Below, in pieces: positions 48,485 through 62,056 of a DNA stretch of 64,000 nt. The notes under the pieces were generated by a model. It was not told the DNA's origin. It did not search any database and worked only from the letters and a program-made list of their open reading frames with translations. The position numbers and the translations under genes are program-made. Positions within the stretch are counted from its first letter, which is position 1; the number at the start of each line of letters is the position of its first letter. Source of the DNA: Octopus bimaculoides (taxonomy: Eukaryota); NCBI RefSeq assembly GCF_001194135.2, contig NC_068988.1, positions 27,300,748-27,364,747 on the forward strand. Direction: 5' to 3'.

Positions 48485-51400
48485 CAAAATCATCTCTTAA
48501 TGACATGTTCTTACTTTTCACAAGGTCACGCTCTGTCATGACGTACTTTTACGCACGTCCATTGCTCCCATTCACTATTTAATAACGTCAGCATCATGTC
48601 ATATTAGCTACTATAGAAATAAAAATACTGTAATCATAGCCATTAACGAAATCAACCTGATTCTGAATTAATTATTTACTATTTTAGTCACTTAGCAATC
48701 CCCTCCCCCCATTTTACAACCTTCGCCTTTTAAGGAGTTATTTTACTAACGTCATACTAACAACGTCAAATTTTGGAAACTTGACAATTTTAATCCTAGA
48801 ATCTTACACTTATAATGGAAGCAGTAACGTAACACTCTTATTCTCTTGAGATGTACACGCTAGAAAAGTATAGAAAGCCTTATTTTTGTATCACTATCGC
48901 ATTCCACTTCGCCAGTGCATGTATTCATTCATATGATGACATTCAACCATGGTAACTATTCACATCGGACAAATGGTGATTCTAACAACAAAAACCTCTC
49001 AACATACTTTATTCTAGAAAATTTTAATATCAATTCGAAAGTAAAAAGCATGACTATAATGTAGGTCTTTTCAGATCAAGTTTCAACTGTGCGCATGGAA
49101 ATCTGAAAGCCTGACGTATGGGACTGTCTATCGATTATATATATANNNNNNNNNNNNNNNNNNNNNNNNNNNATATATATATATATATATATATATATAA
49201 CGACAGAATCCTGTAATTTCTCCGCTTCTTGTTCCTAGTTATCCATCTATATTATGTATATAAGATAAAATCACGCTGTTGGCATATTATGAAAGAATTC
49301 ATATTGATTTCGACAGTAGCAACAGAGATAGAACATATTGGGCAATCCTTTGGATCTTTTGTTTGGCTCACACTTTTCAATTCCTTTAGTGGGGCTATAA
49401 CGATCGTAAAATGGTTAAGAACCACATCCAAGATTTCTAACATGAAGTCTTTTAATGTTCAGTTCGAACATCTGCGGGGAAAATATGGGCGTGAGTGGAA
49501 TTCCAGTTCTAGGAGGTACGGATTAATAAAGTTTTAAAGAATCAGGGTGATGAGATGCCATGAGAGTGCTAGGCAAACTTGGGTAGCCAGCTGCTTCTGA
49601 GAAGCAGAGGTTGTAGCAATAAAAAGGCGGACAGAAGGAATGGCTGTTACTTCAATGTACATAAGCCAATGTTTTTCTCATGGCAAAAAGCTATTTTGAA
49701 TCCCGAAGGAAAGAATACAATGGTAACTGGTTTGTTTTATTAAAATTGAGCGGCTGTATATTTTCAATAATCATACACGAAAGATACGATGATTGAAAAT
49801 CTGCAGCCGCTTTGATATATTTCGATCATTTATATTAGATAATACACGGGAAAAGGCACTCATAAAACAATCAAATGTTAATATTAGATGATACAATTTT
49901 AATGAAAATTCTATTGACATCCAGCTAGTACCCAATACAATTTGTCGCAATAAAGCTGTTCGGTGTTGTCGAATTAGATAAAGACACAATCTCTGGGAGA
50001 TGGGAGTAAAAGTCTCTGTACAAGCAATCAAAATTGGTGGGAGTTAGCAATACTTGCTTTTACCGTTAGGTTTTTTTAGGTTATGACGTAAACAAGCGGG
50101 AGTTTGCCCGACATTGTACTCTTCTTGCTGACTGACGTGACGAAGTAGCTTGTCTTTATGGCGTCTAGAAAAGCCTCAACTAGCTGTCCCAATAGCACTG
50201 TATCATATTAACCACTGACAGACACCACCAGTAAATCTTTTGTTTTGCCACCTTACTATGACTATATCTTGATGATTGTAAAATAAAACGTTTCTCATTT
50301 TTTAAAGGCGTTACTATAGTTATATTTTTGTAAAATGTAGAAAGGCACCATATTTAAAATCCAATTATGTTTGTAACTTTTAATTAAAATTACTAATTTC
50401 GCTTTACTTAGCAAAGTATAGAATTTAAGGTGAAGGGAATGAGATGTGACATACATCTTCCTATACGGGGAATAAATACTATAGGGAGTCAAAAACAACA
50501 TAACTTGCAGAGCTGAGGTCGAATCTTTCTATGAACAAAATACGAAGTAAAGAACATGGAAGGGCTGTATCATAACGACCCCCATCCCCTTTACAGCACA
50601 CTATCGCAATGAATCATAAAATGATTTCCATCGTAACATATATATAACAGTAGAGGGGGGGGGATCTAAAGTAAAACGAATGTAGGTTATCATTTATTCA
50701 CCACCACTCACATACACACACTCACACGCACATTTTATATTTAACCCTGAAATTACTTTACAGAATATCTTTTCAAAATAATTAATTCAAGTATTAAGAA
50801 TGCTTTGAGTAATTTTTTTTTTATCATTTTCTGGGAGACATTGTCTGAAAGGAACAAAATGGTAGCGGTAGTCATTGCCTACACTTAGGCGACGGGATGT
50901 TACAATTCGTTTTAATGATCTTCACCATCATCACTACCAACAATCAATTGCGCCTTCAGTAAATTCAATGTCGTACTACAGAATAACAAACTAGGATGAA
51001 CCTAAAGCTAGAGTTAAAGACTTTCAAAAAAGAGAAAAAAATTCTAGAAAAACATTTTCCATAATATAGTATTTCTAATAGATGAATTTATTTTCAATAC
51101 TTCTGAATGTATTTCTATTTTCTTGCAGTCTGGATAACAAGAAGGGGCAACTAAAAATATTATTCGTATGCATATTGTAAAGATTTTAGTGGAGAGACTT
51201 TATTAATTGGTTACTATATTGACTAATTGAATGACTACATTAAAATGTTCTTTCTGTATCTTGTATGTGTATTGTTATTGGATCGAGTATCTGGTGACAG
51301 TATATTGTTGTAGGCCAGTAACGCGAAAGCAAACCCACAGTTGTATAATTTGATATAACCAGCAGCTGGATCTACGCGCTGGACGGCTGTTGCCAGGACT

Positions 51401-51605
51401 TTGTTACATCTGTACTCTACTCAATACTCAATCAATCATTTTAGTGTGCTTACTTCATTAACTGCAAGAAGTGTTTCTCAGTCCATGGTCCTCCACAAGA
51501 TCCGTCCACTTTACAAACCAGTTCAGTTACTGATTTGTAACATGTTGAGAACATATAGTGGCTATAAACATAAAATCATTTATGCATGTGTACTTTTGAA
51601 TACAC

Positions 51606-51885
51606 GGAGGCACAATGGCCCAGTGGTTAGGGCAGCGGACTCGCGGTTGGAGGATCGCGGTTTCGATTCCCAGACTGGGCGTTGTGTTTGTTTATTGAGC
51701 GAAAATACCTAAAGTTCCACGAGGCTCCGGCAGGCGGTGTGGTGATCCCTGTTGTACTCTGTCGCCCCAACTTTCACTCTTTCTTCTTGTTTCTTGAGTA
51801 ACACTGGCAGGGAACACATACGCCATAGAAACCGGGAAACCAGTCCCATGAGCCTGGTTAGGTTTTAAAAGGGTGCATAATAAAT
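51606..51885 (+). mobile_element. OR-like SINE with the same head as 47271 but a different 3' tail
   Basis: Head nearly identical to 47271-47450; tail ..ccatagaaaccgggaaaccagtcccatgagcc..; imperfect TSD tactt(t)tgaat(a/g)cac. Confidence 0.8.
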
Positions 51886-52438
51886 AATAAAAATACTTTG
51901 AATGCACAGGATGTTCTACAATTCAATTGTACTAGATTCAATTGTACTACTGCACACAAATCATACAGAACCATTTAATCTGACACATACATAAATGGTT
52001 TATTCCTTCTTATATCCATTCAAAATCTTTGTACAAACACCCACACATACATGCATGTTCTGTTGGTTCCTTTGCTAACTCACTACTAAATACATGCACT
52101 ATACAATGCATGTGTGTGTGTCAGGTCTTCCTTAGTGTTACTAGTAACTCGTAACACAGTACAGTCTGTCACATAACTGGGCCTTTGATCAAGCAACCCT
52201 ACGAGGCCTGCTGGATAAGGAGGGTGGTTTTCGTTGGACACCCTACAGGACAAAAAGCTAAACTTATCCAAGGGTAGATGGACTTTGTTTAGACATCTCT
52301 AGGAGAGGGAAAACTCTGATGTGAAACCAGTAAGTTCATTTACATCCAATGATGTAGACTAGTTCTTTTTGGACAAATTAATTTCATTTTTAAAATTTTA
52401 CCTAATCTACACCAAAATTAAAACGAAAATCAAGAACA

Positions 52439-53558
52439 TGTACGAGGATAAATATGTAGTGAAACTACCTATCACCATTATACACAAAGAAGCCATCTTC
52501 CCTGCTGTTAAATATATTCAAGATCGGCCGTAGTAGAAAACACATTTCCCTGTCATCACGTGACTGATTATTATTCGAAGCGGCAACTTCTTCGAACCGT
52601 TCCCGCCAGAACGCAAACTGACCAATCAGAGCCCTTAATAAGGTCACGTGATAGTGTTTTTCTAATCTTCTCCTGGAGCCCCCAGAATGCTTTAAATAGA
52701 CCAAATTATACCCGGCAAATTGGTCTCGGTTCAGTTTCTCTTAGAGACTGTTCCGTGTACCACACAGCAGCAGCAGCAATTCCAGCGACTACATCAACAG
52801 CTTCGTCNNNNNNNNNNAGCAGCAGCAATTCCAGCGACTACATCAACAGCTTCGTCCAGCTACGACTACCACCGACGTCGCCATCAGCAACACGAGTCTA
52901 CGACTACTAACCAGCATCATCACCAACCATAGTCAACATGACTTTCTACGTACACCAGCGTCCAAACAGTAACCGCGGCTCATATTCTCTCTTTGATTCT
53001 GTTCGGTGTTTCAGCTTCACCACGATTAATAATAGACAAGAAGTTCAGCCAGCGACGAACATCTGTATAACAAGAACCCGGCCTGGCATGGAAGCCACAA
53101 CATCACAACTAGTGATCGCTCTGCCACACATACGCCTCAACTTCTTTCACATACAGACTCTTCCTATTGTGTACTCTAAGAACTGGTATAAATGCTCACA
53201 CGTGTTACTGACTCTTTTTATCTGCTGTATATAACGCATACACATACATGTATCACTTACACACACTCTTTTCTTTATACGACGGCCTGTCTTTTATTAT
53301 GTTTTAATATGTCGCATTCACACTCACACACAGACATACATTTTAACGACACAATAAATAATTCTGTTATTCATCTCATACGGTTGTGTTTATCGTCTTC
53401 CTTTACTGGCTATTTATGTTATCGTAGTATAACATAATTGTATATCATCTTTGATATATATTTTGTGTTCGACCGTGTGACGCGTTTTGAATAAAAGGAG
53501 TCCTGTTTTTCCATTCGTCATCATTTCTCCTTTTTGAGTTCGCACGGTCGTTCTTACA
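52439..53558 (+). mobile_element. Solo LTR (Gypsy-like) with a 4-bp TSD
   Basis: AACA|TGTACGA ... TCTTACA|AACA; CACGTG at 52557 and 52645, CCAAT at 52622, AATAAA at 53490; CpG-rich relative to the flanks. Confidence 0.72.
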
Positions 53559-53589
53559 AACATTATAAAAAGAGACTTATAGTTTATAT

Positions 53590-53645
53590 CAACATAGTTT
53601 TAGATATGGTTTAGATATAGTTTTAGATATAGTTTTAGATATGGT
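53590..53645. repeat. 12-bp tandem repeat (AGTTTTAGATAT)n, about 4 units
   Basis: Seen directly. Confidence 0.8.
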
Positions 53646-54024
53646 AATGACCTCAAAATATGACTATAATATTGAGGTTAATTTCATAATTCAAATTATA
53701 ATACTAACAGGTTAAAAGAGCAGATTAAATGTTCATCAAATATAGGTAACGACTGTGTCATGTTGCAATGACATCTGAAGAATAGATAATAATAATGTAA
53801 TTAGTATATTTAAAATAGATTTTGAGGGACTGCCCTATCTAATATCACCTCTTGTCCATTTTATTGTTCTATTTTGTTTTGTTTTTTTCCTCTCCGCTCC
53901 CATCTCCAGCTATTAACAGATAAAAGAAACAAACTACATTTTGTCTCTTCCTCAAAAACCACTGATATCGTATCTAACTTCATTCAATTTATTATAGTTT
54001 AATATAAGCATGTATGTGTGTATG

Positions 54025-54072
<48 letters not shown>

Positions 54073-54256
54073 TAAAAATTAAAAAATATAAAAAAAGGCT
54101 TCCATTGATAAAATGTACTTTCAACAAAACAGGTTCAATGTCCAGTCAGGCCCCACCTGGTTAGGATTTTCATCATGTCAAGTAGCCCATCCTGCTCAAA
54201 AGGTCCCTGAATAAGGGTTGTCTAGGACTGTTGAACGAAACACCCATGTTTCCATG

Positions 54257-54308
<52 letters not shown>

Positions 54309-54699
54309 CATTATTATTTCCATGTTATTATTATTGTTGTTGTCAGGAATAACAAAAACATTACTATGCATTTCAGTTCCTGATCTCAACCACTCCTTAG
54401 ATTTGAAAAGTCACATACACCAAATCTATTTTAAATTATAAACTTGAAAGTAAAAATACAAATTATTTTCAACTCCAGCACAACAACTAGTCAAGTGGGA
54501 ATTTGATAGATATGTCACATGTTATTGCACTTGTATATTACAATAGAGTATTATGTGTTAGAATTAACTGGAAGGAGTGTAGGTTCAAAATTTAGAAGTT
54601 GCATAAATAGGTGTGAAAACGTTAAAGGAAGCGTTTACTGAATCTCAGAGTTGTATGCTGTTTATCTTGATATGAGATCACCATGTCACGTTCATATTG

Positions 54700-54813
54700 C
54701 TGTGACGCATGTACCTGGTGTACCCTTGTCAGACGGGTAGTCACGATGAGTATACTGGGTTTCATATATTTTACCCCAGTGTCACTTTGATGGTATGCAC
54801 TAATCTCTCACTC

Positions 54814-54857
<44 letters not shown>

Positions 54858-54860
54858 CAA
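54700..54860 (+). mobile_element. Probable non-LTR 3' end with an (AAT)n tail
   Basis: Unique 3'-UTR-like sequence running directly into (AAT)n; family not assigned. Confidence 0.35.
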
Positions 54861-55289
54861 TGACAATTACAACAGCAACAACAACAGCAACAATGACGAT
54901 GATGATTTCTAGCATAGTTACAAGACAACATATTTTGGAGTGGGTGATGTCATTTAAAACAATTTATAGGAAGCATGGCTGATTAAACTAGTATATAATA
55001 GATAAAAAACAAAACCAACTTTGTTCGGATTTGAATTTAGAACACGGAAGGACAATCTAGGTGTTCAGTTTGAAGGTGCTTAAAAAAATACAAGCATTAT
55101 TTGTCCTTCAATTAGCTTCAATGACTAAGTGTGGCAAGCTGGTAGAAGCATTAGTATGTCAGATAAAATGCTTAGTAACATTTCAAGTTGGCATTACTTG
55201 AAGTTGCATGCATATTGCATAAAGTACTGTCTGTCTGAGGTCCTTGTTGTGACTTGTGATCCTCAGGTGTCTACCGGTCCAAGCCCCCA

Positions 55290-55600
55290 GTAGACACCTG
55301 AGGATCTATCATGATTATTTCTTAAGCAGCTGAAGTCAGTATTAAGGTTTTGTTTTTCTAGTAGTCTGGTTGTTATATACACAGAAAAGTTTCTGATTCT
55401 GAATGAGTCATAAATATTTTTATCTCTGTATATGTTAGCCATTATACTTTGGCAGTCATAGATTAATCTAAGTTCCCAAAGAGAGTTTACATATTCATCT
55501 ATAGACTTTGTCCTGGATTGTTTGAGTGATGAGGCTTGAATCACACTACAAATTCCCTTGGCAGTTGAATGAAAGTATTTCATTTTCTAATTATAGCTAT
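55290..55600 (-). mobile_element. Decayed LTR-retrotransposon gag-like fragment
   Basis: SIDEYVNSLWELRLIYDCQ..IYDSF..ITTRLLEKQNL resembles the Gypsy gag ES.DEY..L..L...C..IRD.FI.GL....RLLE motif. Confidence 0.45.
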
Positions 55601-55774
55601 GGCTAATCAATGTCAAAAAGTTAGAGATCACATCAATAGCAATTACCCCAACCAATCCATTGTTCAAGGAAGCTTTTTACGTATATTTTTCCTTGAACCC
55701 TAGGACTCGTAAAGCTTGTTACCCAGTTTCCAGTGCATATAAGTGATCATAGTCACAACATTCCCCTGAACAGG

Positions 55775-55990
55775 ATACCGATCTGTTGCAAGTTTCAAGA
55801 CTAACAATTTTTGAAGGGACTTGCATGTCAATTACATCAATCCCAGTACTTGACTGGTACTTTATTCTACTGACCCCAAAGGGACAAAGACAAAGCTGAG
55901 ATTGGCTGGATTTGAATTCAGAGCATAAAGAGCTAGAAGAAATGTTACTAAGCATTCTGTCTGACATACCAATGCTTCTACCAGCTTGCC
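55775..55990 (-). mobile_element. OK-like SINE (family B), diverged
   Basis: Reverse complement gtggcaagctggtagaagc..gaattcaaatccagcc..tttggggtcagtagaataaaagtaccag. Confidence 0.65.
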
Positions 55991-56181
55991 ACACTTAGTC
56001 ATTGAAGCTAATTGAAGGACAAATAATGCTTGTATTTTTTTAAGCACCTTCAAACTGTACATTGTCAATAAGTATTTATTTCTTCAAGCTGTTTTGTAGT
56101 AATTACTTTATTTTTCATATAAAGAAATGAAAAACATTGTTTCCATTCAAGTCACTTGACAAATACTTGCACATTGTTTTC

Positions 56182-56404
56182 ATTACTCTATTACTCTTTT
56201 ACTTATTTCAGTCATTTGATTGCGGCCATGCTGGAGCACCACCTTTAGTCGAGCAAATCGACCCCAGGACTTATTCTTTGTAAGCCTAGTACTTATTCTA
56301 TCAGTTTTTTTTGCTGAACCACTAAGTTACGGGGACGTAAACACACCAGCATCGGTTGTCAAGCGATGTTGAGGAGACAAACACAGACACACAAGCACAC
56401 ACAC

Positions 56405-56435
<31 letters not shown>

Positions 56436-56570
56436 CATATATATGATGGGCTTCTTTTAGTTTCCGTCTACCAAATCCACTCACAAGGCTTTGGTCGGCC
56501 CAATGCTATTATAGAAGAGACTTGTCCAAAGTGCCGTACAGTGGGACTGAACCCAAAACTCTGTGTGTGT
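56182..56570 (-). mobile_element. SINE family A, young copy
   Basis: Collinear with the reverse complements of 1979-2232 and 17069-17240. Confidence 0.85.
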
Positions 56571-58145
56571 GTGTGTGTGTGTGTGCATGCGTGCATACCA
56601 ATGTTTTGACATCAGATGATGGTTGTAAATGAGGATTATCCTCATATAAGTAATGTTCATTTCTGGTCTTCTGTGAAACACAGGTCTAGCCAGGGGAAAA
56701 TATCACCTTGGTGATGAAAGCTCAGTGACAAGAAGAGCATCTAGCCATAGAAAATCTGCCTCAATAAATTCCATGTGACTCATGAAGATGTGGAAAAGTG
56801 AATGTTAAAAGATGATGATGACAGTGATAATACTGCTGATGATGATGATTAATACAGTGTTATATATAGGTTTATGCAGCTATTTTTCTAAACATGTTTT
56901 ATAACCACTATAAAAAATTTTTAAAAAAAGGTAGATAAGATATTTGCCATAAACATTTTGTTGAAGAATGCTTCAAACTTAATCTGGATGTTCCTGAAAA
57001 TTTGTAATTTCTATGTAAAATCAGAGATTGAACAGAATAACTTTGGGAAATGAGAAAATTGTAAATGTCTCTATAATAATTAGGTTGGTTACCAATTATT
57101 ACAATAAAGTGATTTATAATCTGAATAACCGAAATATTTAAATTGCTAGAGGGCAAGCAACAATTTCAGCATCTGTTAATAATTTGGAACCAAATCTTCT
57201 GATTGAATCATTTCTACAGTCTTGAATTTACAAGAGGGAGAGTTTCCACTAAGCTCTATTGCTATAGATATACAATTTGTGAACAAAATCTTCTGAGGAG
57301 TTAAATCAAATCATTCTATTTCAAGGCCTAATTTTATCCCACTATAATTTGATTTTATATCCTTTTGGGGGTCAACTCTACCTTTTCTTCCTTCAGAACC
57401 AATGAAATAAATATTAGTTAACAAGTGTTGATTTGAACTACTCCATCCTTACCTTATGTATGTGTAGTCTTGGGTTACTGTAAGGAAATTTAGATTATAT
57501 TTATCAGTATACTTACCATGTTTTAAAACAACATCCTGACCTCATCACCAATAAAACAGCAGCTATTTTAATGATATTCATCTGAAGAATCTTCTTTGTA
57601 TTTATAAAACTTCAACTTTTTCAAACTTTCCTCATGAGAACTAAATGTAGCACAGCTACTGACTGTTCTGTGGTTTCAAAGTACTATGCTTAATGCACAA
57701 GAGGCAAAAACTATATCATTGTCGGATTAGAAATATACTAAAAATCTATTTTAAAATGAAGATTTTAGCTTGCTTTTGAAGTTAAAGATAGTTGGAGACT
57801 TTTTTTTTTAAATAGCAACAGCACTTTCTATATTTTGGGATTATGGTATTCAAGACTTTGTTTCCTATAACTATTATTGACTGGTAACAGGCAAAATTTG
57901 TAGCAGTTACTGAAAATAGAGTGGAGAAGACCATTCAGGTAAGAAGTTAAAGAGTCTACACTTTTATAAATTTGAACAATATCTTTGAGCTAGACTCCTA
58001 AATTTTTGCATCCTTTCCTTCTACATGAGGAAATAATGAAGTTATTAATTAAAGATTAAATGCAGTTTTTTAAAAATTTATTTAGATGATATTTTTTAAA
58101 GAAATGAGGGTCACTTTGCATCCAAGTGACTTCAGAGTCATTCTC

Positions 58146-58590
58146 ATTGCGTGTGCTTGTGGCACCTTGGGCAAATGTCTCCTACTATAGACCCAGACGG
58201 ATCAATGCTTTGTGAGTGGATTTCATTGACACAAATTGTGTGGAAGCCTGTCATAGGTGTGTGTGTGTGTGTGTCTTTGTGTCTGTGTGTGCACGCACGC
58301 ACATGTGTGTGTGTGTCATTGTGTCTGTGTTTACTTCTTGCTTGGCAATCAGTATTGGTTTGTTTATATCCCAGTAATTGAGCAGTAGGCAAAAGTCACT
58401 GATAGGGTAAGTACCAGACTTAAAAGAAATAAGTACCGGGGGTACCTTCAAAGTAGTGCCCCTTCATGGCCACATAAAACCCTTCGAGGTAGTGCCCCAG
58501 CATGGCCACATAAAAACCTTTGAGATGGTGCCCCAGCATGGCCACAGTCCAATGACTACAACAAGTAAAAGACAAGATAAAAATAAAGAA
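58146..58590 (+). mobile_element. SINE family A with a triplicated ~37-bp block in the tail
   Basis: gtgcccc(ag)catggccac repeated three times at 58455-58548. Confidence 0.75.
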
Positions 58591-60374
58591 TTTTTAGGAA
58601 ATTGATCTTGAAAAAAAATTAAATGAAATATCTTCATTAGATTTGTCTGAAATATTGATTTCTAACATTGGCTCCCGACCAGTTTTGGAACAAGGTAAAG
58701 CTGATTAAAACAACTTTACTAATTAACTGCTTATTTATTTTATCAAACCCAGGTGGATGAAAGACAAAAGTTTACTTGTATGAAAATTGAACTCAGTATG
58801 TAAACATTTTAAATGCACACATGACATCATATTCTGAAATAATTTGTTTTCAAACTTTTTCCGCGCTACACTGCATCGATAGCTTAATGCACTGTTCATT
58901 TGTTTTGAACCTTTAAGATCTACAAAAATTATATTCTTATCATTCCTTCAGCTTGCTGAAGATGTAACCGATTCCCAGAAGTGATATATTTTTTTGTTAT
59001 TTATTGTAAGCTGATGGGAATGTAGTCAATTCATTTGAGTCATTATATTACTTATGTTTGATTGTTGCTTCTGGTATTTACTCTAGAGAGATCAAAGACA
59101 AAATAACTTCAGTTGGGATTGAAACTCAGGAGAATAAAGAACAAACCTTTCAGTATTTTAAAATATATGACCTATCACTATTGATAATAATCACTGTTTC
59201 TTATATTGACATAAAACCAGAAATTTTCAAGGAATACTATCACAGTTTATTCAACTCTGGTATTTGATCTGATGGTATCTTGGTTCTTTGGTACTTCTAT
59301 CATCACTCACCCCCACTGGGATGATAAGTAAAGTCATCTTTTGCAGGATTTGAACTCAGTTCATAGAGACTATCTAAAATTCAGAACATAAAACTTTGTA
59401 ACAAAATACCACAAGATACTTTTAGTGATTCTAGAATCCACCATTTCTACTGTATACAGTGTATATTAGCAGTTTTCATTTCTTCATTTCATCCATGTTC
59501 AATGTACTCTTCCCGATTTTCTAACTTTTCTCTGTAATGTTTTTTCCATCCATCATACATGTGGCAAAAATTGCTCATTCATTTTACATTCATTTTTACC
59601 ATGTTGCTATCAGTTAGATCAATATATGTGAGTGAAGTTTTCTTTCACAGCAGCTGAATGCTATCCTTCTTGTTAACTCTTATCTGTTTTACAAGCAAGG
59701 GAGTTTTCAAACTACATGTCTTTGAAAACACAGAGTTAGCGGATAATCGTCAACAAATAACAATGTTTCTAGCTAACTACTTTTTGCATGTGAAGCACAG
59801 AATGTAAACACCTACACAGATAAACACACACATATACATACACACACACATACACACATGTGTATATATGATGGGCTTCCATACAGTTTGCATCAACCAA
59901 ATTCCCTTTTTTGATGGTGGCAGTAGTCAGCAATAACCTATAATAGAAGACACTTCCCAAAGGCTCCACACAACGAGAATGATAGGCAAACTTCTTAGAA
60001 ACCTGCCAGATCAATAAAACACTTGTGAGTAACAACTGGTGAAGCTGGGAAGGTTCTGATAGTTAGCTTTACAACACTACCCGACTATTTTTGAGTAGAT
60101 TTATCCTAGAGAAACAATTAATTGAATTAAACTCTTCTATTGTCAATCCTGTTTCTATTCAAAGCATGTTGCCCTAAAATTTAGAACTTAAAAACATGTG
60201 GCCTCCATTTTAAGACTGGTAGATATGTTGTAACCCCAGTTACTTATGCACCATGGAAACCAGGTAGGGAACCAGCCTGATGAGTCCTAGGACTCTAGAC
60301 AGAACTAATGCCTCTAATGTTGCTTCTACTACAACTACTACTACTGCTGATGCTGATGCTGCTACTACTACTAT

Positions 60375-60405
<31 letters not shown>

Positions 60406-60415
60406 NNNNNNNNNN

Positions 60416-60448
<33 letters not shown>

Positions 60449-61349
60449 GCTTTTGTGTTTAAGATGATAAGAAGAGATTTGGTTGTTATTTCTAATATGT
60501 CAAGCAGCCATATAAATAATCTGTTTTTTTGTTGTTATTGTTTTCGTTTTGTCTTCCCATTTCTATTTTACTTCGGCAAGCTGTTTCAATGCAAAACATG
60601 ATGAATATATAAAAGAAGGGGGGGGGGGGAAATAAGGAAATGAAAAGTAGGATGTATTCATGAATGCTACTTACAACGACACAAATGTCCAGAGAGAAAT
60701 ATCAAAAGAAATAATTAAATTTTATATCAAATGCAAGCAAAACATATGTAGTATATCTGCAAGATAAACATAAAACAGAACAAGTGCAGTGTGTAAATTA
60801 GCTGCTTGGTAGACAAGAACATCTTATTTGTAGTCAATGGAAGAGATAAAACTTATGCATAATTGCTGAACAACAAACAATGTCTACACTCCACACTGAC
60901 AAACACACAGTCATATATCTATACACAGACATATACATACACATCAATACATTAATATATGCACACATATGTATATATACAGGCACACAGGTGGAGGCCT
61001 GGCTGTGTGGGTTAAACAGCTTGCTTTACAATGATGTGTTCTTGTGTTCAGTTCCACTGTGCGGCACCTAGGGTATCTTTTACTATAGCCCTGGACTGAC
61101 CAAACCCTTCTGAGTGGATTTCATAGATGGAAACTGAAAGATGCTTAATGTATATGTATGTGTGTGTGTACCTTTGTTTTGACACCACATGATGGTTGTA
61201 AATAAGCCTCACCATCATACAAGAGATATCATGCGGCTGCTGCCCTAATATAAAGAACATTATAACTTGTGAACATCACCGAGAGCTCACTCCTGGTTGT
61301 AATTGTTGAGTTGCTGAAGCTTGCCCACTCGACCAGGATGATAAACTCC

Positions 61350-61719
61350 ATCATATATGAGGAAAAAGTAACGACAATACTTCAAGAAAAGAAGAATTAC
61401 ATCTGGTTATGCGAAGGCAATTTCAAAAAATGTTCTGCAAACCACCTATCTTCCTGGCACATTGACAAAAGTAATACAACTATATTGACTAGCCATGTAT
61501 GGGGTTTGAAGACCAACTCTACACCACATACAATCAAGCAGAGAATTGTGGAGAAATTCAAGCCATATGCTAATGGAGCTATTTAAAAAATGCAACTTAT
61601 GTATAGCAGAAAGATCTCATCTTTTTCTTAACTCCAAGAATTTCTCCAGACTGCTTAATTCCAGATATGAAATTTTTAGAAGGTGCACACACATTAACAG
61701 GTATTTTTTGTTGAACTGG
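61350..61719 (+). pseudogene. Penelope-like element GIY-YIG endonuclease remnant (one frameshift near 61580)
   Basis: IIYE..KNYIWLCEGNFKK..ANHLSSW..NTTILTSHVWGLK..IVEK.KPYANG/KCNLCIAE..LLNSRYEI..CTH.N..LLNW, the typical PLE endonuclease C-terminus. Confidence 0.8.
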
Positions 61720-61966
61720 AGGATGTCTACCTCCTTCAGGTTGAATTGTTGTCTTACAAACTTTGGCATATTTTCTGTTATATTGTTCTACACCACCTGA
61801 ATTAATTGTGGTTTCTGCAATCAGGGAGGATGGGGATCTTGGTTTTCTTGCTTTCATTTCTTGTTCCATTCGTTTGCATCAACCTTCTTCATGCTTTTCT
61901 TCTCGTTTTTCTTATTTTCCCACTGTCCAGCATCCTGGGTTTTAAAATATATTCAATACATAAAAC

Positions 61967-62056
61967 AGAGCCTGAAAGATTGCTCAGAGATACATGGTGT
62001 GTTTATAAATCTCCCTATTTAAAGTATCATAAAAGCATGAAACTATTAGTAGCTCT
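61967..62056 (+). ncRNA. Type I hammerhead motif downstream of the PLE endonuclease (one extra A in the core)
   Basis: AGAGC-CUGAAAGA-[U UGCU..GAUAC..GUAUC..AGCA U]-GAA-ACUAUUAGU-A|GCUCU; (AT)n about 20 nt downstream. Confidence 0.7.

Larger units (their letters stand above)
55066..56057. repeat. 119-bp inverted duplication (55066-55184 vs 55939-56057; 3 mismatches)
   Basis: Compared by eye; arm 2 is continuous with a minus-strand family B SINE head. Confidence 0.88.

Noticed and set aside
51230-51530. Two phase-compatible minus-strand exons (TELVCKVDGSCGGPWTEKHFLQLM / CNKVLATAVQRVDPAAG..)
   Set aside because: Needs a 44-nt intron with a poor pyrimidine tract; no family confidently recognised. 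Worth an RNA-seq look only.
52760-52860. Direct duplication of gcagcagcaattccagcgactacatcaacagcttcgtc
   Set aside because: Straddles a 10-N gap, so probably a contig-overlap artefact.
57891-57938. Plus-strand 48-nt exon candidate (AKFVAVTENRVEKTIQ) with a gtaaga donor
   Set aside because: Weak acceptor, isolated, no partner exons found.
60277-60295. CTGATGAGTCCTAGGAC, resembling a hammerhead core plus stem II
   Set aside because: No GAAA follows; lies in a decayed SINE tail.
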